Shown here one piece after another: positions 37,710-39,086 of a DNA stretch of 39,086 nucleotides. The stretch is taken from positions 1-39,086 of the forward strand of contig JAQGDQ010001472.1 of NCBI GenBank assembly GCA_030141605.1, given 5' to 3'. The stretch is from Tubiluchus corallicola (lineage: Eukaryota > Animalia > Priapulida). The notes below the pieces were generated by a model. That model saw only the letters and a program-made list of their open reading frames with translations, had not been told where the DNA came from and did not search any database. The stretch's first letter is position 1. The number at the start of each line of letters is the position of its first letter. Made by a program: the position numbers and the translations under genes.

Positions 37710-37852
37710 TCATGTTCACGAAGCTACGAATAAGTTCGCATTACTTACATATAGAAAAATGACGACATCAACAACCTAAAATCATGTTCACGAAGCTACG
37801 AATAAGTGCGCATTACTTACATATAGAAAAAGGACGACATCAACAACCTAAA
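37710..37852. repeat. 72-bp tandem duplication
   Basis: TCATGTTCACGAAGCTACGAATAAGT...GACGACATCAACAACCTAAA x2. Confidence 0.9.
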
Positions 37853-38324
37853 TAAGGGGTAGAAAAGGCAGGTTACATAATGTACCAAAAAAGTTTCCAT
37901 GTAAATCTATATTAACAGCTAGAAAGACTCATGTAACTAGAAATAATTTAAGTGTTTGTGCCAATTGGCAAAATGTTGCTGATTTACTCTCCAGGGTGCG
38001 CCACTCACTAACCAATAACGTATTTTTAATCTTATTGAAAAGATACAGTAATTTAAAATTTTTCTTAGTTAGCAACATGTGTGCAACGAATGCTCTGATT
38101 ATTTTTTCAAACCTTACACCACAATGTTATCTAAACTTGTTTCAAACGACTTACCTTCAAAATGGCTGCGTCTAACGGTCATCGCGGGAGTCTAAATTTA
38201 CATGTTTTATACAGCGTTACGGCCGATGCAAGCCCTGTATGCAAAAAGATAGTATGTAAGTGGTATAAAACTTCGAGACGAATTTTTAAACTTTATATAA
38301 GTGGAGGGGTTTTCTTGTGCTCCA
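37830..38324 (+). mobile_element. Kolobok-like element, second copy of the composite
   Basis: Reverse complement of ~34865-35360. Confidence 0.6.
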
Positions 38325-38411
38325 AAAAGGCTTAGAATCTTAATATGCCAATACATTTGTGTTGCTTATTCAATTGGATATTGTTGTTAAATATTAATAA
38401 TTTGCCGAAAA

Positions 38412-39086
38412 GTGAAAAGAGAGTCATACATTAAATTAAATGTACTTCAGAACTATGCCGTACGATTAGTTAATGGTCATTCTTTGAAATCAACTCACAA
38501 TACAAGTAAATATTATGCCACCTCTTTAAGAAACTCTATGAAAATCCCGATATTAGAAGCTCACAGAGATTATCAAATTCTCCTGTTTCTCTATAAATAT
38601 ATCAACAATATTAATTCTCCTTTCAAAAACAATAAGCTCCCACTTCTTGAAAACCCCAGTATGAATAACAGAACACTAAATTTAAGAAACATTAGAACGA
38701 ACAATCAATATGGAAAGAATTCCATTACTAAGCAAGCAATACAACTTTGGAATTCATTACCGACATCACTAAAACACAGCAGCTCTTTATTCAAGTCTAA
38801 ATTAAAAAAACATTTAATGACTCGTTTTGAATATCCGACATACGAACACGATGATACTTACTCAAATCATAATTTCATTTTTCCTAGACCTTACTAAACT
38901 AGTTTATATTTTATTTTTTGAATTTCTAGTTGCACTTATAGTTTAGCTTGCACCAGACGCACCTGCCCAGAACAGTGTATGTTTTTTTTCATATGAACTA
39001 ACACTGATTGTCTGTCTTTTATTATGATGGTCAATGTTTTAAAAAATTCAAATAAAGATTTTACTACTACTACTACTACTACTACT
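38412..39086 (+). mobile_element. L2/Crack-like LINE 3' end with (TAC)n tail, running to the window edge
   Basis: 161-aa frame KLNVLQNYAVRLV...LFLYK...RT..YGKNS....LWNSLP..LK...FKSKLKKHL resembles the ORF2 C-terminus; no RT core. Confidence 0.85.

Overview
AT-rich animal (probably invertebrate) nuclear DNA with spliceosomal introns and dense repeats; nothing prokaryotic and no CRISPR. Three protein-coding loci are supported. (1) The 5' part of a TBC1D24/skywalker-type gene on the - strand, with coding exons 10369-10948 and 1489-1698 that splice in frame; the gene continues past the window start. (2, 3) Two divergently oriented phospholipid scramblase (PLSCR) paralogs with intron-free coding regions: 19865-20593 (-) and 33154-33924 (+). 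The rest is transposon debris (piggyBac-, hAT-, PIF/Harbinger-, TA-target and Kolobok-like non-autonomous elements; L2/Crack-like and RTE-X-like LINE 3' ends; BEL/Pao and Penelope fragments), four minisatellite arrays (61, 25, 46 and 36 bp units) and nested compound microsatellites. Most long ORFs in the track are repeat artefacts. The most notable observations are three inverted paralogous pairs with sharply bounded near-identical patches (one pair brackets a symmetric TBC1D24 exon), two distant satellites sharing a ~21-nt core whose orientation relative to the rest of the unit appears flipped, and a Kolobok-like+LINE composite present as an inverted pair. All alignments were done by eye; identity figures not stated as counted are approximate, and TE clade names come from motifs, not database searches.
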